NCBI GenBank assembly: GCA_965541585.1
Contig: CBEUCH010000013.1
Span: forward strand, 48,692-112,691
Reading direction: 5' to 3'
Source: an uncultured bacterium
GTDB lineage: Bacteria > Zixibacteria > MSB-5A5 > UBA10806
Length of the DNA stretch: 64,000 nt
The position numbers and the translations under genes are program-made. This document shows positions 23,701 through 29,422 of the stretch, piece after piece (positions within the stretch are counted from its first letter, which is position 1; every line of letters begins with the position of its first letter). The notes beneath the pieces were generated by a model, which was given only the letters and a program-made list of their open reading frames with translations, had not been told where the DNA came from and ran no database searches.

Positions 23701-25505
23701 ACACGCAAACCGGTATCTTCATCATTTACTTCGCGGCCACGGACGGCGAGTATGTTGACACGAAACCGACTCTGGTTCAGGTTATCGATATGGGCAACCA
23801 GCAACCGACTCTAAACTCCATCGGCGCACTGTCAGTGCTCGAGGGAGATTCGCTCGAGGTGCTGATATCGGCCACCGATCCGGATTCAACCTTCCCGGCC
23901 TTCGCAGTGGAGGAAGCGCCGTACAATCTGGTGTTGACGGATTCCTCCAACGGTTACGCCACCCTATCGTACGCTCCTTTCTATAATCAATCAGGCGTCT
24001 ATAGCATGCTGGTAATCGCTGATGACGGCGATGGAGCTGCCGATTCGGAATATGTCGATCTTACGGTAATCGAAGCCGGCAACCAGTATCCCGAACTGGA
24101 GCCTATTTCAGATGCGACGGTTACTGAAGGGGATAATCTGCAATTCTCAGTTTTTGCCGTTGATCCTGATTCCACGCTTCCAATAATGGATGCTCATAAC
24201 CTCCCCGGGAATTCCGGTTTCACGGATATGGGTGACGGAAGCGGGCAGTTCTCATTCGATCCCAGTTTCTTCCAGGCGGGAGATTATCAGGTGACATTCC
24301 TTGCAATCGATGCGGAGGATGCCGCAATCGCCGACTCCCAGATCGTCACTATCACGGTTGTCGACGACAACAGGCGCCCCGATTTTGAACATATGGGACC
24401 GTTCACGATTTCGGAGGGTCAGAATCTCAATATAACAGTGGTTTGTACAGATCCCGATAGCACCATCCCAGTTCTGGAAATCCTATTGTCTCCGCCTAAT
24501 TCCTCCTTTATCGATAACGGTGACGGCACGGGCATCTTCGATTTCAACCCGGATTATTTCCAGGCGGGCGTTGATTCCGCCCTTTTCAGGGCGGTTGATG
24601 AAACCGATCCGGAATTGTCAGATGAAATGATGATCTATTTCATAATTGAAGATGTTAACCGTCCTCCAGTGCTCTCGCCGATTCCGGATACAAGCATCGG
24701 CGATGGATTCGTGCTCAATCTGGATATTGTTACGACCGATCCCGATTTAACCATTCCTCTGCTTTTCTTCAGGAATATTCCGAATTTAGCGGAGTTTACA
24801 GACTATGGTGATGGAACTGCATTGTTCTCGTGGCGCCCGAGATTCGAAGATATTGGTCTCTATCTGGTCACCTTCGGATGCTTTGATCAAATAGATCCAT
24901 CCCTGGCCGATTCGCAGGTGGTGGCCATTCAAGTGGTTACGTCCGGCAACCATCCGCCGGTGTTTGTACCGATCCCCGATCAACAGGTAAACGCCGACGA
25001 TACTCTTGATCTGCGCATTGTAGCCACAGATCCGGAGAATGATCCCCTTACGCTGGACTATGTCGGGACCCTGCCGTTCGGAATGACGTTTGTAGATTCG
25101 GGGGGCGGGATAGGATCGATTCACTGGGTGCCAACCATGGATCAGGGGGGCGATACAACCGTTACGCTCGTGGCCACAGAGAGTTTTGGCCTGACTGACA
25201 CGCTTCGAGTGAATATAGCCGTCTTGACCTTTATAAGGGGTGATATCGATGGCAATGGTGTAATCGAGCTACCGGATATCATAATGATTGTAGATTATTA
25301 TAGGTATGGGGTGGAGATCCCGGAGCCTATTGAGCGAGCCGATGTCGACGGCAACGGAACCATAGGGGATCTTGCAGATGTCATCTATCTTATCGACTAT
25401 TATAGAGGAGGCCCTCCGCCACCTCCACCGTCGCCTCCGGGTGGAGGACGGATAGGTATAATTCCGAGGAATATTATGAATTTTGAAGCAGGGAGGGGGA
25501 GATAG
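2766..25505 (+). CDS. Giant (7,579 aa) secreted adhesin/fibre: about 77 tandem cadherin-like Ig repeats and a C-terminal dockerin
   Basis: Single uninterrupted ORF (TTG 2766 or ATG 2772). Signal peptide ending ARA-Q, a ~150-aa unique N-domain, then 93-95 aa repeats (PPVLDPI..Q..AEG..L...ASDPDGD...FTFDPDYTQSG...DITV). Terminal RGDIDGNGVIELPD / ADVDGNGTIGDLAD and a poly-Pro tail. Confidence 0.9.
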   Translation: MQMIPKQPRKAIGYLPLALFALIFLFPLSARAQLAESLYVDSSSSSRPISSEINSHGATDGAEASISGNLAAPQDTWTFDFDDTINPGQVIINAQIFITHRQSGYIDDSLVIEYFDGNNFIQFESFANVPTSLTTIGPFNADSITSTDQLNGFQVQMRGIQKARGHDVITYYVDAVELRLTYQANEPPVVDPIPPQIIAEGAHLDVRLTASDPDIGDILTLTAENLPPNASFSDSSGGVGGLIFDPDFTQAGFYQVSIIATDQGGLADTGTVDITVTNVDLPPVLDPISPQIMAEGAHLDLTITASDPDGDVIGLVAELLPPNSAFFDSTGGIGGFTFDPDYTQSGPHQVRFIASSNSLADTQLVDITVTDVDRPPVLDPISPQIMAEGDHLDLRVTASDPDGDVISLLAELLPPNSAFFDSTGGVGGFTFDPDYTQSGPHQIRFIASSNSLADTHLVDITVTNVDRPPVLDPISPQIMAEGDHLDLRVTASDPDGDLIGLVAELLPPNSAFFDSTGGVGGFTFDPDYTQSGPHQVRFIASSNSLADTQLVDITVTDVDRPPVLDPISPQTMAEGDHLDLRVTASDPDGDPISLVAELLPPNSAFFDSTGGVGGFTFDPDYTQSGPHQVRFIANSNSLADTQLVDITVTNVDLPPVLDPISPQTMAEGDHLDLTITASDPDGDVIGLVGELLPPNSAFFDSTGGVGGFTFDPDYTQSGPHQVRFIANSNSLADTQLVDITVTNVDLPPALDPISPQTVFEGAHLDLRVTASDADGDVISLVAELLPANSAFFDSTGGIGGFTFDPDYDQAGPYQVRFIASSTALADTQLVDITVINVGLPPVIDPVSAQSVDEAGHLDVRVTASDPDLGDVITLTAEQLPANASFADSSGGVGGLVFDPDFTQAGFYQVRIIATDTGALADTEMVDITVNQINAPPVLEPIGPRFVDEGSHLEFVLISSDVDGDSIILTAENLPANSAFADSGNGHGLFQFDPDFNQSAIYPVRFIASDGILADSEIVDITVNDVDRSPILDPISPQIMAEGGHLDLRVTASDPDGDPIGLIAELLPPNSAFFDSTGGVGGFTFDPDYTQSGPHQVRFIANSNALADTQLVDITVTNVDLPPVLDPISPQTMGEGGHLDLRVTASDPDGDPIGLIAELLPANSAFFDSTGGVGGFTFDPDYTQSGPHQVRFIANSNSLADTQLVDITVTNVDLPPVLDPISPQIMAEGGHLDLRVTASDPDGDPIGLIAELLPPNSAFFDSTGGVGGLIFDPDYTQSGPHQVRFIANSNSLADTQLVDITVTNVDLPPVLDPISPQIMAEGDHLDLRITTSDPDGDPIGLIAELLPPNSAFFDSTGGVGGFTFDPDYTQSGPHQVRFIANSNSLADTQLVDITVTNVDLPPVLDPISPQIMAEGDHLDLRVTASDPDGDPIGLIAELLPPNSAFFDSTGGVGGFTFDPDYTQSGPHQVRFIANSNALADTQLVDITVTNVDLPPVLDPISPQIMAEGGHLDLRVTASDPDGDPIGLIAELLPANSAFFDSTGGVGGFTFDPDYSQSGPHQVRFIANSNSLADTQLVDITVTNVDLPPVLDPISPQIMAEGDHLDLRITASDPDGDPVGLIAELLPPNSAFFDSTGGVGGFTFDPDYTQSGPHQVRFIANSNSLADTQLVDITVTNVDLPPVLDPISPQILAEGDHLDLRITASDPDGDPIGIIAELLPANSAFFDSTGGVGGFTFDPDYTQSGPHQVRFIANSNTLADTQLVDITVTNVDLPPVLDPISPQIIAEGGHLDLRVTASDPDGDPVGLMAELLPANSAFFDSTGGVGGLTFDPDYTQSGPHQVRFIANSNTLADTQLVDITVTNVDLPPVLDPISPQIMAEGDHLDLRITASDPDGDPIGLIAELLPANSAFFDSTGGVGGFTFDPDYTQSGPHQVRFIANSNSLADTQLVDITVTDVDLPPVFDPIPSQSVDENSHLDIRVTASDFDGDPIILTAEGLPANASFADSSNGVGGFTFDPDFFQSGDYTVTFIANSNALADTEFVDITVNNVNRAPLLNPIGNRSVIEGGNISFEITASDPDLVTPSLTAQDLPINASFVDSLDGTGQFTFNPGYTQAGLYDVLFIASDGDLADSEMVQITVFDAGNQPPEIDYIGPQLVYEGYHLELLVTASDPDSTIPALQGLNLPANSAFADSGNGNASFTFDPDYTQSGVYNVLFRAYDGGLYDSLWVGITVLDSNRTPILDPIGSQTVTEGNRLQFVITSSDPDGTTPQLSTGALPFNAVFEDSLNGNGLFTFDPDFTQSGIDTILFVAADGLLADSEFVEITILEFGNNPPVLDPIGPQSVDEGSQLQVIISASDLDGTIPSLAAEGLPANAAFTDSLNGRGLFEFSPSYFQSGPYQVRFIASDGVASDTELVDITVNDIDRLPVLDPISPQILAEGDHLDLRVTASDPDGDPINLLAELLPANSAFFDSTGGVGGFTFDPDYTQSGPHQVRFIANSNALADTQLVDITVTNVDLPPVLDPISAQIVAEGDHLDLRITASDPDGDPIGLVAELLPPNSAFFDSTGGVGGFTFDPDYTQSGPHQVRFIASSTTFADTQLVDITVTDVDLPPVLDPISAQVIAEGNHLDLRITASDPDGDPIGLVAELLPPNSAFFDSTGGVGGFTFDPDYTQSGPHQVRFIANSNALADTQLVDITVTNVDLPPVLDPISPQTMAEGDHLDLRITASDPDGDPIGLIAELLPPNSVFFDSTGGVGGFTFDPDYTQSGPHQVRFIANSNSLADTQLVDITVTNVDLPPVLDPISPQTMAEGDHLDLRITASDPDGDPIGIIAELLPPNSAFFDSTGGVGGFTFDPDYTQSGPHQVRFIANSNSLADTQVVDITVTEVDRPPVLDPISPQTMAEGDHLDLRITASDPDGDLIGLVAELLPVNSAFFDSTGGVGGLTFDPDYTQSGPHQVRFIASSNSLADTQLVDITVTNVDLPPVLDPISPQTVAEGGHLDLRITASDPDGDPIGLVAELLPVNSAFFDSTGGVGGFTFDPDYTQSGPHQVRFIATSNSLADTQLVDITVTELDRSPVLDPISPQTMAEGDHLDLRITASDPDGDPVGLVAELLPANSAFFDSTGGVGGFTFDPDYTQSGPYQVRFIANSNSLADTQLVDITVTELDRPPVIDPISPQTMAEGDHLDLRITAADPDGDAISLVAELLPVNSAFFDSTGGVGGFTFDPDYTQSGPYQIRFIANSNSLADTQLVDITVTNVDLPSVLDPISPQTMAEGDHLDLRITASDPDGDPIGLVAELLPANSAFFDSTGGVGGFTFDPDYTQSGPHQVRFIANSNSLADTQLVDITVTELDRQPVLDPISPQTMAEGDHLDLRITASDPDGDPVGLVAELLPPNSAFFDSTGGVGGFTFDPDYTQSGPYQVRFIANSNSLADTQLVDITVTNVDLPPLLDPISPQTVSEGGHLDLRITASDPDGDPVGLVAELLPPNSAFFDSTGGVGGFTFDPDYTQSGPYQVRFIANSNSLSDTQLVDITVLEAGDQPPIWDPISPQTVAEGDHLDLQVTATDPEGDIISLTAELLPANSAFVDSTGGVGGFTFDPDYFQADLYQVRFIATANAQSDTALVDITVTDTPRPPIWDPIGDRALFEGESISFIVTATDPDLTIPLLSVDSLPANAVFTDSLNGNGLFSFSPDYTQAGQHILTFIASDGVLSDSEVVNIFVFEAGNQPPEIDSVAPQSVVEAQHLEFVVTSSDPEGTIPALQAFDLPANAAFADSGNGHGLFTFDPDYTQSGVHNVLFQAFDGELYDSLYVEITVVDFPFAPVLDPIGAQIVTEGDTLQVVITSSDPDGTDPQLLTGPLPVNATFEDSLNGHGLFVFTPDFTQAGIDTVLFIATDGALSDSEYVQITVVEFGNNPPVLDPISSQTVDEGSLLQVLVSASDPDSTIPLLSTIILPVNATFTDSLNGTGLLEFTPDYFQSGVYFVTFIASDGALADSQNVMITVNNINRAPVLDTIPTPQVVAEGSLLQLTVTSSDPDTTIPVLTAENLPPNATFADSGDGSGDFQFNPDYTQSGSYQVLFISSDGDLADSQYVDIDVIETDRPPVLDPILPQTVAEGDHLDLRITASDPDGDLVGLVAELLPANSAFFDSTGGVGGFVFDPDYTQSGPYQVRFIANSNSLADTQLVDITVTELDRPPVLDPILPQTVDEGDHLDLRITASDPDGDVISLAAELLPANSAFFDSTGGVGGFVFDPDYTQSGPYQIRFIASSNSLADTQLVDITVNDVNLPPILDPIPTPQSVAEGSILEFTVTSFDPDGTNPALVALNVPVNAVFTDSLNGHGLFEFAPDFTQSGDYQVLFVASDGVLADSQYVDITVTENNRPPVLDPILTPRNVAETATLEFSITASDLDGNIPALFAEDLPVNAVFVDSANGVGTFTFTPDYTQSGPYAVLFYATDGQFSDSQYVDITVTDVNASPVITVPGAQVVNESDSLLFTVSASDIDGTVPLLSFFDVPANSSFEDSLNGVGLFRFYPDFTQSGIYTVGFIASDGLLSDTGYVSITVLDAGNQSPVLDPIGPQTVDEGDTLRFVVSATDPDSTVPQLLTDPLPTNATFEDSLNGHGLFVFAPDFTQSGVDTVLFIATDGGLSDSEYVEITIVEAGNQVPVLDPIGPQAVGEGDSLLLVITASDPDGATPTLVALGVPSNGSFVDNGDGTGDFDFYPDYFQENIFTVTFIASDGVLADTEAVEITVADTPRPPIWDPISDRALFEGQTISFGVFASDPDLTIPLLSVDSLPANAAFTDSLNGHGSFSFSPDYTQAGQHILTFIASDGVLSDSEVVNIFVFEAGNQPPEIDSVAPQSVVEAQHLEFVVTSSDPEGTIPALQAFDLPANAAFADSGNGHGLFTFDPDYTQSGVHNVLFQAFDGELYDSLYVEITVVDFPFAPVLDPIGAQIVTEGDTLQFVVTSSDPDGTDPQLLTGPLPANAAFEDSLNSHGLFVFAPDFTQAGIDTVLFIATDGALSDSEYVQITVVEFGNNPPVLDPISSQTVDEGSLLQVLVTASDPDSTIPLLSTITLPVNAIFTDSLNGAGLLEFAPDYFQSGVYFVTFIASDGALADSQNVMITVNNINRAPVLDSIPTPQAVAEGSLLQVTITSSDPDTTIPILTAENLPLNATFADSGDGSGDFQFNPDYIQSGPYQVLFISSDGDLADSQYVDIDVIETDRPPALDPILPQTVAEGDHLDLRITASDPDGDLIGLVAELLPANSAFFDSTGGVGGFVFDPDYTQSGPYQIRFIASSNSLSDTQLVDITVTELDRPPVLDPILPQTVDEGDHLDLRLTASDPDGDVISLVAELLPANSAFFDSSGGVGGFVFDPDYTQSGPYQVRFIASSNSLADTQLVDITVNDVNLPPVLDPIPPQTVAEGSHLDLRITASDPDGDPIALLAELLPPNSAFFDSTGGVGGFVFDPDYTQSGPYQVRLIASANSLADTQLVDITVTEVDRPPVLDPVLPQIVAEGDHLEFRLTASDPDGDVITLVGELLPPNSAFFDSTGGVAGFVFDPDYTQSGPYQIRFIANSNSLADTQLVDITVTELDRQPVLDPISPQTMAEGDHLDLRITASDPDGDPVGLVAELLPPNSAFFDSTGGVGGFTFDPDYTQSGPYQVRFIANSNSLADTQLVDITVTNVDLPPLLDPISPQTVSEGGHLDLRITASDPDGDPVGLVAELLPPNSAFFDSTGGVGGFTFDPDFTQSGPYQVRFIANSTSLSDTQLVDITVIEAGDQPPVWDPISPQTFAEGDHLDLQVTATDPEGDIISLTAELLPANSAFFDSTGGVGGFTFDPDYFQADLYQVRFIATANAQSDTALVDITVTDTPRPPIWDPIGDRALFEGESISFIVTATDPDLTIPLLSVDSLPANAVFTDSLNGNGLFSFSPDYTQAGQHILTFIASDGVLSDSEVVNIFVFEAGNQPPEIDSIAPQSMVEGEHLEFVVISSDPDSTIPALQAFDLPANAVFADSGNGHGLFTFDPDFTQAGVHNVLFRAFDGELYDSLYAEITVVDFGFPPELDPIGPQTVTEGDTLQVVITSSDPDGTYPQLLTGPLPANAAFEDSLNGHGLFVFTPDFTQSGIDTVLFMATDGALSDSEYVEITIIEAGNQPPTLNPIGPQVVDEGDTLLVIISASDPDSTIPGLSVVGLPPNATFNDNFDGTGTFEFRPDYTQGGLDTVLFIATDTALADSEYVEITIYDINLPPILTPIGPHFTDEGVLLQVMVTATDPDGTIPSLTADSLPLNATFVDSSNGAGLFEFMPDFDQAGVYNVLFAASDGILADSELVVITVVDVNRPPLFDPVGDQQVTEGDSLFFTVQAVDPEGLIPSLSVDLLPTNAVFTDSGNGTGLYEYRPDYTQSGVDTVAFLASDGVLIDTLKVQITTIEAGNQWPVLSPIGPRVVDESQLLQFNVYGSDADDGPPSLQVGSLPLGSTFYDSTNGVGTFTFTPDFFQSGIYIVLFFATDGSAADSEYVLITVNNINQPPQLTPIGNQAIFEGDSLGLNIIASDLDGDSLVITAELIEVNMTFTDNGDGTAFFQFMPDFTQAGIYPLTFAVTDGVDADTDLVQIEVIEVGNQPPVLAAIDTAYYITEGYLLVIPVSATDLDADSLVLSADSLVENMTFDDYGDGSGSFTFAPSYLQSGTYPLTFSAFDGQAYDSLQTIIYVAEEGNQPPVLDPIGPQTVAEGDSLVLDISASDPEGFIPILLVSDQPDSSYFTDNGDGTGRFRYYPDFYSAGVDTVRFTAMDDGGLTDYEDVLITITDVNLPPFIVFDGDTLVHEGDTLVAIVIATDSSDFEPGPISLSHGYLPPNSDFVITGNGVGEFRFYPDFEQTGIDSAYFYAVDSDIPPMSDEKWVNLTVLASNRPPELVQPPGGSVDQGDTLTIDLFATDPDGDSIVLFINCDCPEPLPPRSEFQDFGDGTGQFTFYPDYTQTGIFIIYFAATDGEYVDTKPTLVQVIDMGNQQPTLNSIGALSVLEGDSLEVLISATDPDSTFPAFAVEEAPYNLVLTDSSNGYATLSYAPFYNQSGVYSMLVIADDGDGAADSEYVDLTVIEAGNQYPELEPISDATVTEGDNLQFSVFAVDPDSTLPIMDAHNLPGNSGFTDMGDGSGQFSFDPSFFQAGDYQVTFLAIDAEDAAIADSQIVTITVVDDNRRPDFEHMGPFTISEGQNLNITVVCTDPDSTIPVLEILLSPPNSSFIDNGDGTGIFDFNPDYFQAGVDSALFRAVDETDPELSDEMMIYFIIEDVNRPPVLSPIPDTSIGDGFVLNLDIVTTDPDLTIPLLFFRNIPNLAEFTDYGDGTALFSWRPRFEDIGLYLVTFGCFDQIDPSLADSQVVAIQVVTSGNHPPVFVPIPDQQVNADDTLDLRIVATDPENDPLTLDYVGTLPFGMTFVDSGGGIGSIHWVPTMDQGGDTTVTLVATESFGLTDTLRVNIAVLTFIRGDIDGNGVIELPDIIMIVDYYRYGVEIPEPIERADVDGNGTIGDLADVIYLIDYYRGGPPPPPPSPPGGGRIGIIPRNIMNFEAGRGR
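3318..25230 (+). repeat. Coding tandem repeat array, unit about 279-285 bp
   Basis: For example ccggttttagatcctatat at 3612 and 3891 (offset 279). Count of about 77 is estimated from array length divided by unit length. Confidence 0.95.
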
Positions 25506-25508
25506 GCA

Positions 25509-26987
25509 ATGCGTAAAACGTGGGCATCGCTGTTCATATTTCTATTTTTCGCAAGTGCGGTCTCTCGGGCGACCGGCTCATCGTATTCGCCTACCGTACC
25601 GACTGATACTTACGAGATTAGTTTTGGCCCACTTATCGAGGCCTTTCCAGGAGAGCCTGATCTCCTGATTCCCGTACGGATTTCAGTCAGCCAGCCGACG
25701 ATCGGAGTAAATATAGTCATCTCCTATGACCAGAGTCTTTTCACCCTCGGCGCAGTGGCCCCTAATATGTTCTTCCAGAGATTCATAGTGGATCTCAGCA
25801 TTCCCGGACGGATATATATAAATCTTCTAACAGATTTACCGCCTCCTCCTCAGATCCCACCGCTCGAAGGCGATACTATTATTGCCTGGATCGTATGCGC
25901 TGTGACCTCGGAGGATCTGGGGTATGATCTCCTCACCCATATAACTTTTTACGAGGACCCGGATACTCCCTATCCCGATAACTCTCTCCTTCTGGAGGAC
26001 GGTACCTGGATTATTCCGCCGAATCTATCTCTGATCCGGGGCGACATTCTCATCATTCACCCCATATACGGCGATATCAATCTTAATGAATTCGCTTTCG
26101 AAATCGGTGACGCCGTAACTTTTCTGAATTATTTTATGGGCTTGACCGAATTCAACCGACGGCAATATGCCAACTCCGATTGCAATCGCGATGGTATACA
26201 GGCGAGCATTGCCGACCTGGTTTACCTTCTCGCCGTCGTAAGCGGGGATACCAATCTTGTCGCTCCTCCGCTTCTTATCGCGGAAAATCATGCTCTTAAA
26301 AGTGGTTCTGATTCCGAAAACCATTTCAGGAAAATGGCTGGCGACTATAACAGATTAGATATGGTTATCCAGGGGACCGAGCCTATCGGCGGGGCGTATT
26401 TTGTTCTCGAATATGATGCCGATAGTGTGGAGCCTGTGGCTGTCCTTTTGGATACCTCGGCGGCTCCGCTGCAATTATCATGCGCGGCTTCAGAGGGGAG
26501 ATTGTTGATCGCCGTTTATGATTGGGATTCACAGGACTCGTATTTTTCGGCGGGCAGATTACTCTCCGTCATATATTCAAGGTCTGGTTCTGGAGCCCCG
26601 TTGTTCGATATCACCAAAGCGGAGTTTTCAAACAGGATGGGACAAGCCATTGATATAGACTACAATGTCGTCTATTCCGGCTTAAAACCACCCACAACAG
26701 AGCCTATCGAACCGCGCATTTCAGTTTCATGTTACCCCAATCCGTTTAACGGAGCGGTCTCGGTCAGCTACAGTCTCCCTTCGGACGGGGAGTATGATCT
26801 GATAGTATACGATATACTGGGGAGAAAAGTGAGGGTTCTGGAACGAGGCTTTCTACCCGCCGGGCCGCGCAGGGTTTTCTGGGACGGCAAAGACGAGAGC
26901 AGTCGTGGTGTTGCCAGCGGGATATATTTCGTCCGGCTCTACGGTGAGGGCGCCAGCGCCAGCACCAAAGTTTTTATGTTGAAATAG
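25509..26987 (+). CDS. Secreted cohesin + dockerin + cohesin-like protein with C-terminal sorting domain
   Basis: Signal peptide; IPVRIS...GVNIVISYDQSLF; GDINLNEFAFEIGD / SDCNRDGIQASIAD; GGAYFVLEYD; CYPNPFN...ASGIYFVRL. Starts 3 bp after the giant gene's stop codon. Confidence 0.85.
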   Translation: MRKTWASLFIFLFFASAVSRATGSSYSPTVPTDTYEISFGPLIEAFPGEPDLLIPVRISVSQPTIGVNIVISYDQSLFTLGAVAPNMFFQRFIVDLSIPGRIYINLLTDLPPPPQIPPLEGDTIIAWIVCAVTSEDLGYDLLTHITFYEDPDTPYPDNSLLLEDGTWIIPPNLSLIRGDILIIHPIYGDINLNEFAFEIGDAVTFLNYFMGLTEFNRRQYANSDCNRDGIQASIADLVYLLAVVSGDTNLVAPPLLIAENHALKSGSDSENHFRKMAGDYNRLDMVIQGTEPIGGAYFVLEYDADSVEPVAVLLDTSAAPLQLSCAASEGRLLIAVYDWDSQDSYFSAGRLLSVIYSRSGSGAPLFDITKAEFSNRMGQAIDIDYNVVYSGLKPPTTEPIEPRISVSCYPNPFNGAVSVSYSLPSDGEYDLIVYDILGRKVRVLERGFLPAGPRRVFWDGKDESSRGVASGIYFVRLYGEGASASTKVFMLK

Positions 26988-27051
26988 AATACTCTAATTA
27001 TCCGAATTGATCGGATCATCAGCAAGCTTCATAATAGTCTAAGCGGGCTCT

Positions 27052-29013
27052 CTAAAACGCTCTTTTTAGGATCTTTCCCCGTCTGCGAATTACGGCAATC
27101 GTGCCGGTAGCCATCAACAATAGCGCCATGATTATCATTCCCCATTCGGTGATAGTGGGAATCGACGGTTCAAATAAAGTCGTCTCTGAACTCGAACGGC
27201 CATAGTCGGTTTCGATATCATCGTCGTTTCGAGCCTTAGCCCGGAAGGAGTACTCGGTTTGAGGGGTGAGCCCCTGTACCGTGGTCGTGCCCCACTGGCT
27301 GTCCGTCTGCCATACTTCGGAGTTGGAGGGGTTACCGGAAGCGTTGACGAACCTGTGGTCCCATTCCGGGTCGGAGGTTGCGCAGGTAACCGCAAAAGCC
27401 GTGTTACTCGGGTTGGGTCCCGGGTGGACGTTCAGGTCGATCGTTGTCGACGTTACATTCGTGAGTTCCGGGGCTCCCGGTATGTCTGCCAGAGTGTAAG
27501 CGTTGGCGATGGACGAATACGCCGTTTCGTTGCGGGGCTGGCCGTTATCGCGTGCCCGGCAGCGGTATCTGTACTCTGTGTTTGGAGTGAGACCATTATC
27601 TATATAGGTTCGCGACCCCCAGCCACTATCGGTACCTCCCGGCCCACCTGAGTAGAAGTCGAACTGGTATTGAATTGGAGGCGTGTCATCGCTTGCCAAG
27701 GTCGCCGTCATGGTGATGGATATCGAGTTGGCTGCCGACGGCCGCGATTCGAATGTCATCGGATCGGGGCTCGGCGGCGTAAAATCCAGCGTGGCATAAA
27801 TCGCCCTTATTCCGTTGATGTCATCTTGCGCCAGACCGTCATATGGGGAATAATACGCCCAATACATCACGGCGTTAGGATCAGCTGAGTGTCCCAATCC
27901 CAGGGAATGACCGCACTCATGAAGCGCGATGGAGTACATATCGACACCGTATCCGACTCGCCAGAACTCACTGTCGTCGAAATGTATATCGCCGGCTATA
28001 GGTTCGGGATTCGGGTTGGCGGGAAAGAAAGCGTGGGCCAGAACACCGCCGGGACCGTCAAAAGGAGAACCGTCGCCGTGGGAGTAGGTGGCAAAGAGAC
28101 AGTCAAATGAGGCATTTAGCCCCGGGCTTGAGGTCTCCGTGAAATATAGTTGAACGTGGTCAGCCCATTCGGTGATACCTTCAGCTATCTCGATTTGCTC
28201 TATATCGCCCGCTATGTCCGGCGTTCCATTGACGAAGTAGTATGTCAAAGAGGCGGAACCTTGACCGGGGCCGTCCCAACCCTGATGAACGATGACGTAG
28301 TTGGCAACGTGCCCGTACTTGGTCATGGGACCAGGACAGAAATATACCTGCCGGCCTGTCTTCAGAGCCTCCGATGCCGGGATGATCCAGGCCACTGCAT
28401 CTTTTGCCACAATTTTCTCCACGTCCGTGGCGCTTAGCATCGTAACTGCCATAAAATCAGGCAAACCCGGATTGTCGATCGCAGTGGCAGCTAACTCACC
28501 GAGAATGCTCGTAATCTCAGCAGGCGCCACATCGGAGAAGAACTCGATTACTACAGCGATGCGCTCATCGGGATGTTCCTTCATAAGCCGGGCTACCGTG
28601 TCGCTTATTTTGTCTGAAGCGTTCAGCAAGCCGAGCCAGCGAATAGACGGATGATTCTCAATCGAAAAGTCCCTCGGCACCGATACCTCAAGAGCATTGG
28701 TGGGAATGTAGTGCAGGACGGAAACTCCATCGGCCGCAAGCGCTTGCAATGCCGACTCTTCCGGCTCCCCCTGGAATTGAATAATGGCGTGATACCTGCG
28801 AACAGCCTGATCGTCCCGGATCGCCATTACAGATTCGTCGAAACCCGGCTCAGGAACAAACTGGCGAGACCTCAACAAAATGGCGTCGGGATTGCCCGCG
28901 ATCGCCACCGTGATGCCGCCGGTTGAAGGATCGTTTACTGCCTGTTGATCGCCTCTCGCGACCGTCCACGACACAAGCAGGCATGATAGAATCAGGAATA
29001 ATCGCTTAATCAT
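27052..29013 (-). CDS. Matrixin-family (M10) metzincin with prodomain, FN3-like domains and IPTL-CTERM sorting signal
   Basis: HGDGSPFDGPGGVLAHAF, GDIHFDDSE, HECGHSLGLGH and Met-turn AVMY. FN3 motifs GLTPNTEYRY and GLTPQTEYSF. C-terminal IPTITEWGMIIMALLL...RRR. Confidence 0.9.
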   Translation of the reverse strand: MIKRLFLILSCLLVSWTVARGDQQAVNDPSTGGITVAIAGNPDAILLRSRQFVPEPGFDESVMAIRDDQAVRRYHAIIQFQGEPEESALQALAADGVSVLHYIPTNALEVSVPRDFSIENHPSIRWLGLLNASDKISDTVARLMKEHPDERIAVVIEFFSDVAPAEITSILGELAATAIDNPGLPDFMAVTMLSATDVEKIVAKDAVAWIIPASEALKTGRQVYFCPGPMTKYGHVANYVIVHQGWDGPGQGSASLTYYFVNGTPDIAGDIEQIEIAEGITEWADHVQLYFTETSSPGLNASFDCLFATYSHGDGSPFDGPGGVLAHAFFPANPNPEPIAGDIHFDDSEFWRVGYGVDMYSIALHECGHSLGLGHSADPNAVMYWAYYSPYDGLAQDDINGIRAIYATLDFTPPSPDPMTFESRPSAANSISITMTATLASDDTPPIQYQFDFYSGGPGGTDSGWGSRTYIDNGLTPNTEYRYRCRARDNGQPRNETAYSSIANAYTLADIPGAPELTNVTSTTIDLNVHPGPNPSNTAFAVTCATSDPEWDHRFVNASGNPSNSEVWQTDSQWGTTTVQGLTPQTEYSFRAKARNDDDIETDYGRSSSETTLFEPSIPTITEWGMIIMALLLMATGTIAVIRRRGKILKRAF

Positions 29014-29112
29014 CGCATCCCCCGAGTCTTATTATTTATCGATTTGGTTGTTTTCTCAGGCAATTGTATTACCTCTTATTGGCCCCAGCCAGAAGCAAAG
29101 TATGCATTTGAC

Positions 29113-29140
29113 ATTATACCAGGATTCTGCAGATAATCAA
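29113..29140 (-). promoter_or_regulatory. Putative sigma70 promoter for the matrixin gene
   Basis: Minus strand TTGATT-16 bp-TATAAT with an extended -10 TG. Confidence 0.55.
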
Positions 29141-29422
29141 GCGTATTTAATGATATGGACAGAGATATTTTGCAGGCAGGAAGGGTTAGCCCTGGAGTCC
29201 GAGAAATTACGAGAGTGATTATGGAGTTGGTGTGAAATTATTCGCACCCATGCCGATTTTAGAATATGTAAACGCACAAACCAAAGTGGCAGGATTTCCA
29301 GATCAGGAAAAGAATTCAGTGAAAATTAATGCAAAATCGAGTTGTTTGCATAATATCAACTATACTTAACATTTCCCGCACCTGGATAATAATTAATAAT
29401 GAAAAAAAAACGGGTAATTTAC

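Noticed and set aside
3162..25124. Many short, mutually similar minus-strand ORFs
   Set aside because: Antisense shadows of the repetitive giant gene.
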